DNA from: Stegostoma tigrinum
Taxonomy: Eukaryota
Assembly: GCF_030684315.1 (NCBI RefSeq)
Contig: NC_081374.1
Span: 12,140,837-12,204,836 of the forward strand
DNA: 64,000 nt
Direction of reading: 5' to 3'
Positions 61,901 to 64,000 of this stretch are shown here, piece by piece. The notes under the pieces were generated by a model that worked only from the letters and a program-made list of their open reading frames with translations, was not told the DNA's origin and did not search any database. A program made the position numbers and the translations under genes. How positions within the stretch are numbered: the first letter of the stretch is position 1; every line of letters starts with the position of its first letter.

Positions 61901-64000
61901 TTTAATGCATTCTTTAGCTCTGAATAATAAAAAATTGAAGTCCATCACTCAGAGATGACGATCAAATATGTGGACTCCAACTCTACGAAATTCCATTTGT
62001 TTCGTGCCTGCACAAGCAGAGAGATATTTAAAAAGCTGATATCATTACTGTGGTGCGTAATAAATCTGACACAGACTTAAAATCCCAAAAGCTTCTTCAT
62101 CAGTTACACCAAACTAGGACAACATTTCAAAATTTTAGCCACTTTGAAAAGGAAGATGGGGGACAGATTTACTCTGAAACGCAATTATTTCACTTCTTAT
62201 CTGTTTCAGGCATTAACCATATTGCAGCAGGGCTAAGCTTTCTTTGTCTTAACTTACTGCAATGTAAAATTTGAATCTACACTTTCAGAATACATTGAAA
62301 CAAGGGTACAAAGGAAAATCTGTAGTTACAAAGCTGTCTCTTTTATATCATGATCTGAAAATGACGTCAATTTTTCAGTTTCAACCTTGACCTAACGGAA
62401 ACCACAGAACACTAAATCATCAAAAGGAAATTGACATTGGGGAAACCACTGAAATCATTGAGTACGTTAGGTTTGATGCGATATCTGTTACTTACTTACA
62501 AAGTGCTTCTATGACAGAAAGGATGGATGTAGATAAGATTTTTCCCTGGTTGATGGGTCTAAAACTAGGGACATAATCTCAGGTCAACAGACAGGCTATT
62601 TAACACTGAGATGAGGAAGAATTTCTTCACTTTGAGGACATTGAATCATTGGAATTCTCAACCTTGATGCGCTCAGTCAATGAGAATGTTCGAGATAAAA
62701 AGCAATAACATTCTGGAAACTAAGACATGAATGGAAAGGGAGATAATGCATGAAGGGGTCATTGGCGTAGATGATCAGCCATGATCTAATTGAAAGGTGG
62801 AGCAGTGTTGGCAGATTGAATAACCACTCCTGTCATTGTGTTAGCAACTTAGATTGTGCAATGTAAGACAGCAGGATACTGAGCAAGCTCAGTGCATTTT
62901 AATTGCAAATCCCAGGCAATTTCTGCTTTTGTTTCTACCAGTTTTGTGATGCTTATTGCCTGCTTCCCTTGCCAATTCTGGCATTCCTTGATCACATTTC
63001 GGCTCTGTTTTGAGGGTGCCAGGAGTGTCCCAGTGATAATGGGAACTGCAGATGCTGGAGAATCCAAGATAACTAAGTGTGGAGCTGGATGAACACAGCA
63101 GGCCAAGCAGCATCTCTTTTGTGCTCCTGAGATGCTGCTTGGCCTGCTGTGTTCATCCAGCTCCACACTTTGTTATCCAGGAGTGTCCCTTTGGGTCTAG
63201 ACCCAAAACATCAGCCTTCCTGCTCCTCTGACGCTACTTGGCCTGCTGTGCTCATCCAGCTCTACACTTTGTTGTCTCAGGGCATTGATATGCCTTTGTT
63301 TGGAGAGAGAACAGCACTGAGGAGAACAAATGTAGGTGCTAGAATTCACAGAAGCTTGTAACTGATGAAGAAGCCTCTGGGATTTTAAGCCTGTGTCAGT
63401 TTTATTATGCACCACAATAACGAAATCATCTTTATCACCTATCAAAAAACAATAGGCATCCAACAAGCTAATTCTCTTCTGTCTGTGACAGGCGGCACAG
63501 TGGTTCAGTGGTTAGCACTGCAGCCTCACAGCGCCAGGGACCCAGGTTCGATTCCAGCCTTGGTTAACTGTCTGTGTGGAGTTTGCACATTCTCCCCGTG
63601 TCTGCGTGGATTTCCTCCGGGTGCTCCGGTTTCCTCCCACAGTCCAAAAATGTGCAGGCTAGGTGGATAGGCCATGGTAAATTGCTTGTAGCATTCAGGG
63701 GTGTGTGGGTTATAGGGGGATGAGGATGACCCTGCGTGGGATCTTCCAAGGGGCGGTGTGGACTTGTTGGGCCAAAGTGCCTGGTTCCACACTGTAGGGA
63801 ATCTAATCTTGTCGTTAGGTTAAAAAACCTATGATGGGTAATGGGGATCAAGCTTCTTTAAAATGCAAAGCCCAGAGACACACGGGTTGGACTAAAGGAT
63901 GTTTATGGGAAATATGTAGCTGAAGATCTGATATTCCAATGTTAATATTTGTTGTCGCTATTTTTACAGCTCCTACAACAACAGTACCGCCTGCTGAATC
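37896..64000 (+). CDS. Gene 2 (3' incomplete): CD300/pIgR-family receptor with two Ig-V domains and a mucin-like stalk
   Basis: Exons 37896-37944 (leader), 52385-52714 (V1), 57011-57334 (V2) and 63970->64000 (SPTTTVPPAES). All introns are phase 1 GT-AG and the frame is open. Confidence 0.85.
39101..40218 (-). mobile_element. Penelope-like element with GIY-YIG endonuclease and inverted 5' pLTR
   Basis: ORF 39504-40073(-): GTFPCNCRKCYTC..FTCTSANVVHCIHFTCCGFLYIGETKRRLGDHFAEHLRSV. Inverted terminal piece at 40070-40218. Near-TSD agtcccttcc(c)tatgt at 39086-39100 and 40219-40234. Confidence 0.92.
40735..41051 (+). mobile_element. HE1/V-SINE-like tRNA-SINE
   Basis: gcggcacggtggctcggtggttagcactgctgcctcacag head and tagggattct tail. 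Confidence 0.88.
41570..41772. repeat. Palindromic family-B element with opposing hammerhead-like cores, inside a CR1 3' fragment
   Basis: Plus core at 41678-41707: CUGAAGA-A-GGGUC ACUU GACCU-GAAAU-GUU. Decayed minus core at 41634-41664. Confidence 0.7.
43440..45199 (+). mobile_element. CR1-type LINE ORF2 remnant (APE endonuclease to RT N-terminus)
   Basis: YLNARSIQNK, IAIMETWL, KDRQEGKGSSVALI, LDKSPGPDGMHP, KGRSCLTSLLEF, VVYLDFQKEFSKVPH. Frameshifted. Confidence 0.88.
45200..45920 (+). mobile_element. 5'-truncated Penelope-like element
   Basis: FYIGETKQGLGDRFAEHLRSV. pLTR carries a mutated hammerhead core at 45793 (GAAG for GAAA). Confidence 0.9.
47060..47570 (+). mobile_element. Penelope-like 3' fragment
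   Basis: TLQPNGLNADFTSFK, C-rich tract and pLTR. Followed by a family-B repeat at 47585-47690. Confidence 0.85.
47749..48069 (-). mobile_element. HE1/V-SINE-like tRNA-SINE with (AATCT)n tail
   Basis: Full-length antisense copy of the 63490-63807 family. Confidence 0.9.
48430..48668. repeat. Palindromic element (family D) with nested family-A pLTR fragment
   Basis: cagtccaaaaggtttatttgaaatcacaagctttt / aaaagcttgtgatttcaaataaacctgttggactg arms around decayed (C)UGAUGA-A-GGGGC..GAAAGCUU cores. Family-A piece at about 48453-48526. Confidence 0.7.
49130..49478 (-). mobile_element. HE1/V-SINE-like tRNA-SINE
   Basis: Antisense copy with an internal duplicated segment (aatccacctag/aatccacctaa). 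Confidence 0.82.
50250..51150. mobile_element. CR1 3' fragments (minus 50250-50960 with a family-B palindrome at about 50590-50790; plus 50968-51150)
   Basis: REMRRNFFFQRGVTLWYSL on the minus strand with a taagaccataagacatagg tail. gctgtatgactctatga tail on the plus strand. Confidence 0.7.
52385..52714 (+). CDS. Gene 2 exon 2, Ig-V domain D1
   Basis: GGTITVNCQY..KYWCKGNMRISC..DNQT..EDAGWYWCG. Acceptor ttctgccctgtcag, donor CAG|gtaagc. Confidence 0.95.
53190..53680 (-). mobile_element. CR1 3' fragment
   Basis: RGDLREAFTITRALDRVDKEKWFPL..RGHMFKV. Confidence 0.7.
54570..55265 (-). mobile_element. Rex1/Babar-type LINE 3' fragment
   Basis: PSGRRYRRLNTCTSSFRNSFFPAIIRLLN. Homologous to 4905-5650. 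Confidence 0.8.
55880..56480 (-). mobile_element. CR1 3' fragment
   Basis: Antisense CR1 terminal motifs (LSYEQRLNRLGFYSLEFRRMRGDLLK). Confidence 0.75.
57011..57334 (+). CDS. Gene 2 exon 3, Ig-V domain D2
   Basis: GDTVTVQCQY..KYLCKGSDRKSC..DNQT..EDEGIYWCG. Acceptor tttattcttgaag, donor AAT|gtaaga, phase 1-1. Confidence 0.93.
61137..61605. mobile_element. Penelope pLTR fragment (minus, 61137-61250) and CR1 3' end (plus, 61345-61605)
   Basis: Family-A sequence, then tggaacaagctgccagaagaagtggtagag...gctgtatgactctat. Confidence 0.75.
63032..63176. repeat. Palindromic family-A pLTR element with 13-bp TSD
   Basis: ccaggagtgtccc at 63019-63031 and 63177-63189. A further pLTR piece follows at 63192-63278. 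Confidence 0.85.
63490..63807 (+). mobile_element. HE1/V-SINE-like tRNA-SINE
   Basis: ggcggcacagtggttcagtggttagcac..ggttcgattcc head and gggaatctaatct tail. Confidence 0.9.
63970..64000 (+). CDS. Gene 2 exon 4 (partial), Ser/Thr/Pro-rich stalk
   Basis: Strong acceptor tatttttacag. Phase-1 joining to D2 gives SPTTTVPPAES. Runs off the window. Confidence 0.75.

Noticed and set aside
62379-62461. Candidate exon (tttttcag ... ga|gtacgt) in gene 2
   Set aside because: Stops in all three frames from this acceptor (phase 1 gives FSTLT*). No support as an internal exon.
63363-63395. CTGATGAAGAAGC as another hammerhead
   Set aside because: No helix II closing onto a GAAA follows.
63490-63565. tRNA-like sequences with A/B boxes
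   Set aside because: They are heads of SINEs continuing into SINE body and LINE-like tail, not tRNA genes.
37896-64000. Assigning the symbol PIGR (or CD300A/CD300LF for gene 1)
   Set aside because: Family membership is clear from motifs, but orthology needs phylogeny and synteny that cannot be done here. The pIgR D1 Ig-binding CDR1 motif (VNRH) is not present.

Overview
Eukaryotic, repeat-rich vertebrate DNA. The repeat families (HE1-type tRNA-SINEs, CR1/HER1-type LINEs, shark-type Penelope elements) point to a cartilaginous fish, probably a shark (inference). Two tandem + strand genes of the CD300/pIgR (CMRF35/MDIR-like) Ig-V receptor family can be spliced by hand. Gene 1 (9152-32632) is complete: 6 phase-compatible exons, 253 aa, with leader, one V domain, a short basic stalk, an uncharged TM helix, and a tail with an ITIM (VTYASV) and an ITSM (TEYSTV). 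Gene 2 (37896 to beyond 64000) has a leader, two colinear V domains and the start of a Ser/Thr/Pro stalk, an architecture like teleost two-domain pIgR/pIgR-like proteins. Most of the rest is nested mobile DNA: a Gypsy remnant with integrase upstream of RT (Gmr1-like), a second Gypsy remnant, old and young CR1 LINEs, Rex1/Babar LINEs, a Harbinger transposase relic, SINEs and many Penelope-derived pieces. At least four Penelope-type repeat families carry minimal hammerhead-ribozyme cores, often in head-to-head palindromes with 9-15 bp target-site duplications. Repeat boundaries are approximate and family names rest on motif recognition, not database searches.
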